A DNA stretch of 64,000 bases from the NCBI GenBank assembly GCA_951406725.2, contig OX597836.1, positions 1,054,001-1,118,000 on the forward strand, written 5' to 3'. The translations under genes and the position numbers were made by a program. This DNA comes from Octopus vulgaris (lineage: Eukaryota). Below are positions 52,000 through 64,000 of the stretch, one piece after another. Position 1 is the first letter of the stretch, and every line of letters starts with the position of its first letter. The notes under the pieces were generated by a model. That model was not told the DNA's origin and ran no database searches. It saw nothing but the letters and a program-made list of their open reading frames with translations.

Positions 52000-53300
52000 T
52001 TCTAAGCCCGTTGAATTTATCGTCCATCATAATAACAGCCAATTTGCATGATTCAGTTCTCTTAGTTTATTTAGTATCGTATTTCTGTTCTTAATTTTCC
52101 TCATTTCAATGTTGCATTAGCCCCTTTTTCCCTAAGCTGTGTCTCATGATTTCTTTGAGAAATCCGTGTAGTCTCTGCAGGAGAGTTTCCAGTTGTTTAC
52201 CATTTGTAGCATATACCTTGAGATAATCCATATACAAGAGATGGTTGATTGTATCCATATCCATTTCTGTTTACATACCAAGCAGAAAAGAAGAGGAAGC
52301 GATTGTATCTCGTTGGAATGATCCTCTTCTATCGGGAATAACCTTAGGTTTCTTAAATCCCCCATTTTTCTGTAGCTGCAGCCTTCCGGTAGCCAATCTA
52401 CGCCGTGCTCAGACAATTCGATTTCCTTCGGCTGCATTGATCAATAACCGATCTTTACAGCCACATGAGACTTTTGTAACAACTCATTTTGTTGTTCTGG
52501 AAACAGGTTGCTTTCTTCCCGTCTGATCCCTCACTACAACATCATTGCAGTTAAGGTTCTGTAGTTGTAGGGAGACATTTTTGCGTCTGTAATTTTGTGA
52601 AATTGCGGTTTCTGTAGATTTAAGGATTAAAATGGTTTTCCTCAACCCTGAATCATTCAGGTGTTGTCTCAGGCTCCGTCAGCGTCTCGTTAACCTTATC
52701 TGCCAACATCTTATCTCACCCTGCTAAATATTTTGACCAAAAGTTGGGAATCTTTCCATGTCTTCGTGTCTTGAAGTTTTTCACTTCCTGCGTAAGTTTT
52801 CCTTTTGTTATGGGATCCAGACATATTTAGATGCTGTTCTTCTTAATCCTTTCTGAGATAATTCCTTCGCAGCTCATCCTCCTTCCTAAAATTATCCTCC
52901 TCCTCCTCCTCCTCTTGCTGTTGGTGCCGCATTTACTTCTTTGTTATTTTCCCCAAATTCTTGGTAGAATCGTTTTGGGACGAAGTCAAATTGTTTCCTT
53001 TGTTCAAAGAATCGTCGGCGTTTTTCATTCCGACGGATTCTTCGTATTGTAGCAAACATCTATTGTTTTGGGCGTTTTTCTTTATTTCACGTACATATTG
53101 TTTGTTATTTTGTATTTCTTCATTGTTTCTCTCTCTTTCCTGTTGTTTATTAGTTCTGTCCTGTCACTGTTTTCACAAAGCATTCACAAATCATATCTTC
53201 CATTCTTTCGCTTTTCCTGAATATTTCTCTTCCGTGGTGTTTGTTTGATTTTTCATTCTCCTATTTCAGTGAATATAAGAAAGGATCCAATTTTCTTTGT
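52000..53300 (-). mobile_element. R4/Dong-type retrotransposon remnant, same family as 25800-27742
   Basis: 52958-53040 is the approximate reverse complement of 26178-26267, and 52420-52500 of 26722-26802. Confidence 0.8.
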
Positions 53301-53401
53301 GACCACAAAGGCTGTTGCATATCTTATTCTATTTCTCTCAATAATATTCCTTTCATTTTTGCTTTTGTTCAGGTTAGCTATTGTTTGGTTATTACTATTA
53401 T

Positions 53402-53914
53402 TGAGCGAGAGAGTAACGCATGCCATCAAAGTGACACTGGGGTACAATTATACGAAGCCCAATATACCCATCATGACTACTTGTCTGAGAAAAGTACACC
53501 AGGCACATGCAATACAACCATATGTGCGCAAAATGGTGATCTCATATCAAGATAAACAGCGCATGGTCTTGCAGGTGAGGCCCAGTTACAATTTTCTTCG
53601 CGTTGAGTAGCCCATCCCGCCCAAAAGGTCCCTGAATAAGGATTGTTTAAGGAAGATGAACAAAACACCCATGTTTCCAAAGGTGATTTATTCAAACCTC
53701 ATTGAATTCCTCTCAATATATCGCTATGATGCTCCCCCACTACTCCGTCAGCCATCAAGGGACATGCTCAACTGGTTAAGGTCAAACAGCTGACAAGCAA
53801 ATCTGTGGTATTGAGCAGAATATTTGCTGTCGCCCATCTTTTATACCAAGACAAAACAATGATAACACTTCCAATCAGTTAAGATAGTCACTGCTTGGTA
53901 CTGCATCAGGGCAT
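53402..53914. repeat. Interspersed ~510-bp repeat bounded by (TTA)n
   Basis: Resembles an abundant Octopus repeat as I recall it (gcatgccatcaaagtgacactgggg..ggtactgcatcagggcatt); only one copy here. Confidence 0.5.
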
Positions 53915-54506
53915 TTATTATTATTGTTTTTGTTGTTGCTGTTGTTGCCATCTTTGTAGCAGCAGCAGTAGTAGTAGTAGTAGTAGTAGTAATAGTAGTA
54001 GTTGCCGCTGTTGTTGTTTATTTCGATATATATGTTCTTCGAATAGCTTTTAGGGTCAGACGAAACGCACGCAGACATACATATACACAAACACATAAAC
54101 ACATTGACATACGCGCACCAACAAACACAGACACACAGACAGAGGCAAGCTTATAAAGAGTGAATATTAAGCATAATGTAAGTAGAAGAGGAGAAAGCAG
54201 CCGACGGACAAAACAACAACAATAAAAACAACGACAATAAAAAGGAAAATATATAAAAGAAGATAGTTTGCTTTTAAGAGCAGCAAATAGATGAAGGATG
54301 GACAAGAATGATGGAGAATGAGAAGGATGGAGGGAGGTGGGGAAGAGAAGGAATGTTATTAGTGGAATGAAGGGTGAGGAGATGGAGGGGGAGAAGGTGG
54401 GGGACTGTGGTGTGGGTGGGGGAGAAGGAATAAAATTTGAAATTAGATGGAGAAAAAGAAGGGAGGGCAAGGAGAATGTTGAGGAATGGAGAAGAGAATA
54501 GGAGGG

Positions 54507-54551
<45 letters not shown>

Positions 54552-55164
54552 TGAAAAGTAGGAGAAAGTAACTGAAGTGAGGTAGAGTGAGAGAGAGAGG
54601 AAAAGAGGGAGAGATTAACAGAGAGAGTGAGACAGAGACAGAGAAAGCGAGAGAGAGAGAGAGAAAGAGATTGAGGTCGAGACAGAGAGATACTGAGAAA
54701 GAGATTCAGAGGGAGAAAGAGAGAAATTGAAGGTGATGGGGGGGGGAGAAGGAATGGGGGAGCAGGTTATAGATTGCGTAGAATATATTCTGGTCGTTGC
54801 GGTTGTAAAATAGGTCCACCTGTTAGAGACAGAGAGATACATACGTAGACACACACACACACACACACTAACACACAGATAGAGCTCTACTTGCACAACT
54901 TATACACTCCTACACACACACACATGTATATATGCGTACTAAGTGTGGTTTCAATGTTTTTCTCTCCGTCTTCCGCTAGTCTCTCTATATGCATATATAT
55001 GTGTGTGCATACATACACACACACACATACATACATACATACATACATACATACATAGAGACAGACAGACAGACGTGTGTGTGCATGCATATTTTTTCGT
55101 ATGTATTTATGCATTTCTGTATTTATATTCGTATACTTATCTATTGTCTGCGTATTTGTTTATC

Positions 55165-55213
<49 letters not shown>

Positions 55214-55344
55214 GCATACATACAACCCCTCACACTCAACACATCTATGTATATAAATCGACAAACAGCGAAAACAGTAAAATTAGAAAATATATTTTAA
55301 ACATAGAAAATATGTGTGTGTGGACTTCTATCTATCTATATATG

Positions 55345-55400
<56 letters not shown>

Positions 55401-55869
55401 TATATACATATATGTATTAATGTGTATGTATACACTTATATGCATTTCTACATCCATGTTCATATATGGGGTATGAAAATAAAATTATAAATAATAAAAC
55501 TATTTCCTAAAAATGATACCATTTACTGAAAGGCTGGTCGGGTTGTCTGAGGTCAAGAATTACAAAATGTTTTACCGTTCTTCACAAGTCTGGTCCACAG
55601 CACGATTTGAAGAATTATTCATAGGAGGACCTCTATCAGCCAACAGACAGAAAAACACATCTACAAACGAACGTAGACCTAGAAGAGGCAGACATACGAA
55701 TTCACACTTAAAGCTAGAAACACATCTCTATACAGAATGATCAACCAACGAATAAAACAGCACAACAACAGGCATGGCAGGAGAAAAATGCACCCATGAT
55801 TGCAGCCAAGAAATACACGCGGGCGCACACACACACACACACTCGGTTGTGACAATATCATTAAAATAA

Positions 55870-55972
55870 GGCGGCGAACTGGCAGAAACGTTAGCACGCC
55901 GAGCGAAATGTTTAGCGGTATTTCGCTTGCCGTTACGTTTTGAGTTCAAATTCCGCCGAGGTCGTTTCGCCT
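55870..55972 (+). mobile_element. SINE family B (5' part)
   Basis: ggcggcgaactggcagaaacgttagcacgcc..gagttcaaattccgccgaggtcg. Confidence 0.88.
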
Positions 55973-56189
55973 GACCTAAACTCATAGCATTAAACTCATT
56001 CAATATCGATCAATAGATTTATTGACAAGCGTTTACTTGAGGTTTGTTGACAAATCTCAAATCTGAAGAATCCATCTCAGGGTTCTTGCAGATCGTAGGA
56101 GGGCGCTTTTCTGAAGGAATATTGGAATTAAAACGATACTTCTCTCAATTCGATGCACGTCATCCCCACAGACAGCAGTTTGGTTATCG

Positions 56190-56380
56190 CGGCGAGTCTA
56201 CGAATTAACCACAGATATATTTTCCATCTTTGTCTTTCATATTCTCTTCGTCTCTTTAGTTTAAGTTCAGATATTCCTCAATTCTCTCAGTTTCTTTGAT
56301 ATCCGCTCTATTAGAATATGGTATTGCAACGTCTATGATCTTACCATCATATTTGCCATTTACAACCGCGTCTGGTATTA
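56190..56380 (-). mobile_element. Restriction-like endonuclease remnant of an R4/Dong-type element
   Basis: PDAVVNGKYDGKIIDVAIPYSNRADIKETERIEEYLNL. Confidence 0.6.
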
Positions 56381-57401
56381 TCATCATCATCCTCATCTTC
56401 GTCATAGATGAATGGTTCCAGTCGATTGATGTGCTACACGATATGGCGGTTGATCATTTTTAAGACGGACCCTCATTCCAATACTGCAGAGCTTTTCGCG
56501 AAAAAAGTGGAATGGTTTAGTATGAGTGGATTGTGTCTTTATTTTGCTCCAGCTAGGACTTGCATATGTAAACTATCCTTTCCCAGTTTAACACTAGGAT
56601 ATATATCTGATTTCAGTATAACGAAACATTTTGAAGGAAAGGAAAGATTCGACTGACTGAAACAGACACCATTGTGGCAGTGATGTGTCTCCATACCATT
56701 ATTAACCCCAGGAAGAGGACAGAGGACGTCAGCAAATTTGAACTCATAATGTAAACTGAAGATTAAATACTATAAGACAATCTCCACCAACCTTCACTTA
56801 TCAATGACAACGATGATGATGATGATGACGATAAAAAATATTTTCTTTGTTCCTTTCGTTATTTTGTTTTAATCATATTTATTTTTCAAGTAGTAGTAGT
56901 AGTGGTAGTAATTGTTGTTGTTGTTGTTGGTGTTCGTGTTGTTGTTATTGACATAATTTGCCGAAACTAAAAAGTAGGACAATTCCATTGTCAAAAATGA
57001 AATGGTGGCCGCGTGAAGAATATGAAGTCGCTTCGTCAGCAACAGGCATCAATGGGGGCAGCCGTGTGGAGGAGGTGAAAGAGGTAGAGGTGGGAGGGGA
57101 GAGATAAAGTGGGAAAAAAAAGCGGAAAAGAAAACAAGCAAGGAATGCCGTCGTGCGGGATGTGTGAAACAGTGGGGGGCGGGGTTCGCTTCTCAGTGCT
57201 GTCTTGAAGACACTGTTTTTAATATATTTTTCTCGTTTTCTATAATTTCTGAGTGCATCATCATATACGCACAGCAACACACAACACTTATGAATATATA
57301 AAGCTACAGAGATATAAATGTTTATACAAGTGTGTATATACGTAAGTATATATGGATAATAAAGCAAAACTGTATATTTATAATCGCTTGCACACACACA
57401 C

Positions 57402-57451
<50 letters not shown>

Positions 57452-57645
57452 CATATATTACCATGTATATAGATATATAACTAAGAAGGAAAGAAGCAAA
57501 TTTCAAAAGGTCGGTGTATATATTCATTCAGTCCGTTTCAAATTGTCGAAATTCTCCACAATATACATAGATGCCATCACATCTATGAGACACGATAAAA
57601 ATTCATAAGAATTTATAAATATAAACATACGAAGCTTTATAGACC

Positions 57646-57860
57646 TACTCTTTTACTCTTTTACTTGTTTCAGTCATTTGACTGCGGCCATGCTGGAGCA
57701 CCACCTTTAATCGAGCAACTCGACCCCGGGACTTATTCTTTTGTAAGCCCAGTACTTATTCTATCGGTCTCTTTTGCCGAACCGCTAAGTAACGGGGACA
57801 TAAACACACCAGCATCGGTTGTCAAGCAATGCTAGGGGGACAAACACAGACACACAAACA

Positions 57861-57907
<47 letters not shown>

Positions 57908-57979
57908 GACGGGCTTCTTTCAGTTTCCGTCTACCAAATCCACTCACAAGGCTTTGGTCGGCCCGAGGCTATAGTAGAA
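57646..57979 (-). mobile_element. SINE family A, young, 5'-truncated
   Basis: Tail (ctctttta)n then cttgtttcagtcatttgactgcggcc..ggcccgaggctatagtagaa. Confidence 0.92.
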
Positions 57980-58130
57980 TATGTAAATATATAAAAAAAA
58001 ATCTTTAAAATATATCAACATATAAATAGATGTACTTTCGAGGTTTGAATGTCCGTATTAGAATCAATGAGGAGGACAGATGAGAAAGTTAGTATAAGAT
58101 GATTTAAGAGGAATCCTGAATAAGGGCAAA

Positions 58131-58218
58131 GTCTGTCGGCCGTTTCGAGAAGGTATAAGTTGGTGTGGGCGAGCTAATTCCAACCATTGCTATTCTCTAT
58201 ACTTCTCTCATCAGAATT
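58131..58218 (-). ncRNA. Hammerhead ribozyme-like motif in Penelope 3' region (probably inactivated)
   Basis: CTGATGA-gagaagtata..tataccttctc-GAAA-cggccg-AC; cleavage triplet reads GAC rather than GUC. Confidence 0.6.
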
Positions 58219-58989
58219 AAAAAATTCAAAGAGTTGTTAAAATTTTAAGAGTCATAAATTTTTAAACAACGAATTCTTTGTCGGACTACACTGTTCATAT
58301 GGATGACATAATAGTATTTTGAAATGAATCCATAATATGAAAGGTGACTAGATTAAAATCCTATAGGCTAATTATTTCTGGGGAAGAATTAAAAAGTTGA
58401 AAGATATGTCTACAGGTAATTATGACATCAGATATCTTATTAAGTAAGCTTTTTTTTTGGTTGGCACGGAGATTGTGGATCGCCTCCTTCCTGCATGAAT
58501 TGCAATTTTTAGTGTGTCTGGTTTCCGTTATTACAAACCAATCTTTATTTACACTTACGTGTTTTATTTCCAGGTTTAGCCTTTCTGTTTTTAAATATTA
58601 GGGTTTTTATTATTAATCTTCATATTAAGGTCAGCTATGTTATCATCTCCGATTTTGAAATAACACCATTAATAAAGTCTATTGTTGGACGCGATTATAG
58701 ATCCTTGATTGGGTGTTGTTGAGTACGATAATTTAAGGTAGGATCTATTAAATATGGAATGATATTTATGACCTGGTGGGAAGTTCCTATCAATAATGCT
58801 AAAAAATAATTTACGGAGGTTTCTGACCTGGAGGGAAAAGTGAGGTGTAAGCCATATAATTTTCCGCTTCCTCCCCGAGTTGTTCCTGTTCTGCCCAGTA
58901 TAGTTATTGTTATTATAAGTGAATAAATCATAATATCTTCTAAAGTGTTGATGGTTTCTATATTCGGGGGTTGTTGTTCATGGGAGGTG

Positions 58990-59690
58990 TGTCGATGTTT
59001 AAATTCGCAGTATTTGGAAAACGTTTGCCTAATTTATTTTTAAACATTGTGTTCTTAATATATTTTTCTCAAGAATCCACCGTCTTTTAGTGCTGTATCA
59101 TAAAGGGGTGCAAAATCATCGAAGATCTTTTCGTTTGCGGATAAATTCGATATTCTTGTCGACACACCTTCGATTATCCCCTTTGTGACACTTTGGAGAT
59201 GATTTGATAAGGTGTGGATATACTTAATAGCTTTGTTAGGCTTATGGTAAGGATAGAAATAAGCCGTCATCTAGATTTAATGCTACGTCCAATATGTTAA
59301 CACATTTAGTGACATTTTCAAATATAATATCTAAGTTGTATAACTTTAAAACAATTTATTAATCCTTATCCTATCAGTTGCTTGTGCGGTGCAGCCAGAT
59401 GCAGCGAATAAGGTATCGTCTCTATAATTCTTGCTTCATTTTTGAGAGTAAAAATAGGCCAACATTTCTGTGACCAGGACAGAGTCCGAGCTTCCCCATT
59501 GTATCATCAAAACCGCCATGCAGGTCACATCGGGTCCATGTCCTATTTCTGAAGGATATCAGTGTATTTTTTTTGCGGTAAAAATGTAACTTTTTTCTAC
59601 TGGTGTAATACTAGTAAAATTCTTCGCACAAAGTAATTGCTTTGTCGAGCAAATCCGGCTTAATGGATTGGTAGTACATACTAATGTCCA
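58990..59690 (-). mobile_element. Penelope-like element RT remnant (element probably extends to ~58100)
   Basis: FDDTMGSSDS (cf. FDVTMGS.D), YRDD, YPYHKPNKAIKYIHTLSNH..RISNLSANEKIF..PLYDTAL, KNKLGKRF. Confidence 0.85.
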
Positions 59691-59719
59691 ATTATGCATA
59701 TATTATTTTATTCTTGTAT

Positions 59720-60077
59720 TCTTTCACTTGCTTCAGTCATTTAACTGCAGCCATGCTGGAGCGCTGCGTTTATCGAACGAATCGACTAAACAGGACTTAT
59801 TCTATCGGTCTCTTTTGTCGAACCGCTAAGTAACGGGGACATAAACTCGGTTGTCAAATGATAGTGGGTAGGTGGGTGGAACAAAACAGATACACACACA
59901 TACACATAAACATACGCGATGGGCTTCTACCAATTTCCGTCTACCAAATCCACTCACAAGGCTTTGGTTTGCCTGAGGCTATAGTAGAAGACACTTGCCC
60001 AAGTTGTCACGAAGTGGAACTGAACCTAGAACCATGTGGTTGGGAAGCAGGCTTCTTACCACACAGCCACGCCTGCA
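59720..60077 (-). mobile_element. SINE family A, full length
   Basis: cagtcatttaactgcagccatgctggagc..cttaccacacagccacgcctgca. Confidence 0.9.
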
Positions 60078-60754
60078 TATATATATGTATACATACATAT
60101 CGTAATATAATTTTCACTCACATATGTATGTGTGTGTCTGTGTATGTATGCATCTATCTTGTGACAATTCGGAGAAAAATTGCAATGTACAAATACTGGA
60201 GACTTAAAACAGATTGCCAACGCATGTTCGAGGTGTGTGTGTGTGTGTGTGTGTGTGCTTGTGTATGTGCGTGCGTGCGTGTTCATTGTCCTTGCTGTGT
60301 GTTATTGTCATCCCAGTTGTTTTTTTAAACACCATTTCTCTATTCTTTCCGTTGGTGGGGGTCAAGGACAGGATACTGGTATTGACAATAGTATTAGTGG
60401 TAGTGGTGGTTGTGGTGGTGTTTGTGCTGATGGTTGCATTAGTGCCGGCGACAGTGGTAATGGGGATATTGGTGGTGCAGGTTGTAGTTTCGGTGGTTGT
60501 GTCGATGGCGGTGGGGAAAGAAATCGATGGCGATGGTTGTCACATTTGATGCTGTGGTAGAGGTAGTGGTAGTGGTGTTACGACGAGATTTGCTGTTGTT
60601 CGTGATACAGTATTGGTTGTGGTATAGTGTTGGGTGTAGATCAGAGGTGATTATCGGATTATCGGATTAGTGAAGCACGACAGTTGTTAGTAGTATAGTG
60701 TTGGTGGTGGAGCTGGGGGGGGGAGGAGGGTTCTTGCCGTTTTACTTGCCTGTT

Positions 60755-61110
60755 ACATGTTTCAATCATTAGAATGCGGCCATGCTGGAGCAACCGCCAT
60801 GAAGATTATTAGTCGAACAAATCGACCCCAGTAAAGCCTGTTATTTACTCTATCCGTTTCTTTTACCGAAGCGCTTGTTTATAGGGATGTAAACAAAACA
60901 ACACCGGTTTACCAGCAGGAATGGGAGGGAGGAAACACAGACTAAAAAATGCACACAAGTGCGCGAGTAAACACGCACATAAATATATATACGGCGGGCT
61001 TTCTTTCAGTTTCCCCTCTCAAAGCCACTCACAAGGCTTTGGTCGCCCCCAGGCCTATAGTAGAAGCCCGAAGTCCCCACCAAAGCGGTTGCAAATCAAA
61101 CCTCTTTACC
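60755..61110 (-). mobile_element. SINE family A, diverged
   Basis: gcggccatgctggagcaaccgcc..ccactcacaaggctttggtcg..ttaccacacggctactcc. Confidence 0.8.
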
Positions 61111-62126
61111 ACACGGCTACTCCTGTGGCGCTTTTAGTTTTCTATGACTGGATCTGTTGCTGGTGATGGTCATCTGTGTCTTCCTTCTTTTTGTATTAAT
61201 GTTCAGCTCTTGTTCAATCCTGATGCAATATCCCGATGCAAAACAAGCGTTCCCGTTGTGACCATCCACACTAATGTTTTATTGGAAAAGTTTGTTGGAA
61301 TTTGAGGCAGACTTCGCTGCTATTTTTACTGGTCTAGCAACAAGTAAAAAAAAAAAAAATCAAGCTGCTATTTTTAGCAGATAGAGCTTTCACGTAAAAA
61401 ATGCATTGATGTTGTGACTTGTCTAACCCCAGGTCAGCCCTGTGGTCAATGACACAACAGCCGTGACCATCCCATCTTTCCCCCTATGTGAGGGGGATCC
61501 AGGACCACATAACGCAACGTGTTCTTTGCTAAGATAGTAAGGGAAGATTCGAGGGAGGTTTGACTGCTGTTTCTATCAGTTCTAATTACTACATAAATGT
61601 CTCTCTCGTTGCCTAGCACATTCATATACACACGTAAGACTGCAGAGTACGATTTGAGGCAGATTTAGCTGCTATTTCTCGTTGTTGTCTTTCTATAATA
61701 AACCTGTTGTCAGCGTCGACGCTGCTTGTTTTTACCTCTTTTGCGTTTCAAGCTAATTCTTATTTTTCGATGTAATTTCCTGCTTGTCGACTCCTTTTAT
61801 GTATGTATGTATTTATGTATGAATGTATGTATAAATGCATAGAAGATATCTGTGTATATATACATATATATACGTGTACATATGTTAACACACTCACACA
61901 CACGAATATGAAGACGCATATGCACAATTGTTATGTCTATAAAGCAGTGTTCGAGATTTCCTTCATTTCTAAAATTCCAACTCACGCAAACTGCGACGTT
62001 TCTTTGTGTGTGTGTGGAGGGGGGGGGGGGGTATGTACGAAGCCTTCAACGTGAAGTACTTTATGGTATGAAGAACCTTCGCATTGACGACTCAGAAAAC
62101 TAACCCCTGTGTTGCTGCTGCTGCTA

Positions 62127-62162
<36 letters not shown>

Positions 62163-62267
62163 TTTCTATTTCTACAAATAGTTTCTGACTTCAGCACAAA
62201 ACCTAGAAACTTGAGGGCGAAGGATGAGGGACATAATAATAATAATAATAATAATGATAATAATAGT

Positions 62268-62462
62268 TTCAAATTTTGCCACAAGGGCAGCAATATTGGG
62301 GGAGGAGATGCGTCGATTCAACTAGTACTTAATTAATCGACCCCGAAAGGACGAAAGGCAAAATCGACCTCGGCGGAATTTGAACTCAGGCGAAATACCC
62401 CTAAGCGAAATACCACTAAGCATTTCGCCCACCGTGCAAACGGTTCTGCCAGCTCGCCGCCT

Positions 62463-62463
<1 letters not shown>
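62268..62463 (-). mobile_element. SINE family B
   Basis: atcgaccccgaaaggacgaaaggcaaaatcgacctcggcggaatttgaactcag..ctgccagctcgccgcc. Confidence 0.88.
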
Positions 62464-62497
<34 letters not shown>

Positions 62498-62534
62498 ATA
62501 CTACTACTACTAATAATCCTTCAAAGTGCTCGAC

Positions 62535-62672
62535 AGGTAATTATTTTATCGATCCTGAAAGGTGAAAGGCAAAGTCGATCTCGGTGGAGTATGAACTAAG
62601 AACGTAGCGACAGACGAAATGCTGCTAAGCATTTTGCCCGGTGTGCTAGCAAGTCTGCCAGCTCTCTGCCTT
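62535..62672 (-). mobile_element. SINE family B, adjacent second copy
   Basis: atcgatcctgaaaggtgaaaggcaaagtcg..gctaagcattttgcccgg. Confidence 0.8.
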
Positions 62673-63366
62673 TAATAATAATAATAATTATTATTATTAT
62701 TATTATTATTATTATAACAACAACAATAATTAAATACTGCAATAACAAGAATAGTGAGAAAATGGGTGAACAAAACTCTTTCCTTTTTCTCCATTCTACT
62801 GAATTCTATTTATTTTAAACTAAACCCCCACCCATAACTCACCATCTTCTCCACTAATTAAGTTTTTTTTTCCTCATTGTGTTTTAAAGAAGAATTCCTA
62901 AGCAGGCGGCGGCTTTTTTTCCTTCGCTCGCGAAAGTTCCTCAAATCGTCTGTCCATATAATTCCAGAGAAAAGCAGACGACCACCCAACATGGCTGATT
63001 CAGACAAGAACGAGATAAACGGAGAGAAAGAAGTAAAACAAAACAGAACAACGCAGAGAAATGAAGAGGAAATGAAACGGTTAGAAAAATACACTAAAAT
63101 AATCCACTTCCTCCTCATTTTATGCCCTGTCTCTTTTTTTCTTTCTGAGGCATTTTAAACCAGTTTTAATTTCACTGGTACAACCCCCTATACTCACCAA
63201 TCTCTCACTTTCTTAGAAATAGAAATGTGCGTTTGTGTGTGAGAGAGAGAGAGAGAGAGAAAGAGAGAAAGAGAGAGAGAGAGAAGAAATATGTTGTTAA
63301 TTTACGTTTTGCTCTTTTGAATATGTACTTTTATTCAATACTTATCGATCTATCTATCTATGACTG

Positions 63367-63399
<33 letters not shown>

Positions 63400-63807
63400 A
63401 TACATATATAGACAGACTATCTATATATGTATATGTCTTACATGAAACGAAGTACTACTTACAGACTATAATCATTTGTCTGGACAAGAAGCGGACAATG
63501 GTAAAAGGGTCTAAACACACACACAAACACACACAAAAATAAATAAAAAGAAATGTTCGCCGATGCGTGAAGAATTTTAGAGGAAAAGATTAGATGGAAA
63601 TGGCAATGAACATATACTGGTCATACATCATGATTTCTAAAGGGGTTGGTGAGGGTGGGTGTAGATATTTATATCAATATGTGCATGCAGAAATAAACGG
63701 TATACGCAGGCTCACACAGAAATCGGCAGAGGTACTGACTTTTAAAGCATGTCCGTGTATGTGTGTATGCGTATACATACATACATATTATATATATATG
63801 TATATAT

Positions 63808-64000
63808 ATTACTTGTTTCAGTCATTAAACGACGGCCATGCAGCAGCAGTACCATCCTGAAGACTTTTACCAGAACGAATCGACCCCAGTACTTACTTCA
63901 TGTAAAGCTGATACTTATTCTATGGGCCTGTTTCACCGAGCAGCTAGGTTACGGGGACGTAAACTCACCAACACCGTTAGGGACAAACACAGACACCGTA
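63808..64000 (-). mobile_element. SINE family A 3' part, runs off the window
   Basis: ttacttgtttcagtcatt..ggccatgc..gaatcgaccccagtac..gttacggggacgtaaac. Confidence 0.8.

Overview
AT-rich eukaryotic intronic/intergenic DNA saturated with (TA)n, (CA)n, (GA)n, (GATA)n and (TAA)n microsatellites. The SINE families and repeat landscape look like an Octopus (coleoid cephalopod) genome; this is from recognition, not a database search. Nearly all listed ORFs are microsatellite artefacts. Real content: about 25 copies or fragments of three tRNA-derived SINE families; decayed Tc1, mariner and maT DNA transposons and a MITE; remnants of R4/Dong-type, RTE, L1/Tx1 and Penelope-like (PLE) retroelements. 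No complete host gene is visible. The best host-gene candidate is a minus-strand first coding exon (41819-41768) downstream of a CRE/E-box/CCAAT cluster. Most notable signals: several PLE-type minimal hammerhead ribozyme motifs (two with unusually long stem II, one linked to a Penelope RT remnant), a ~180-nt fold-back whose mismatches are mostly G:U-compatible on one strand, a ~260-bp inverted repeat pair, and a 67-bp locally templated insertion at a SINE 5' end. Element boundaries were read by eye and are approximate.
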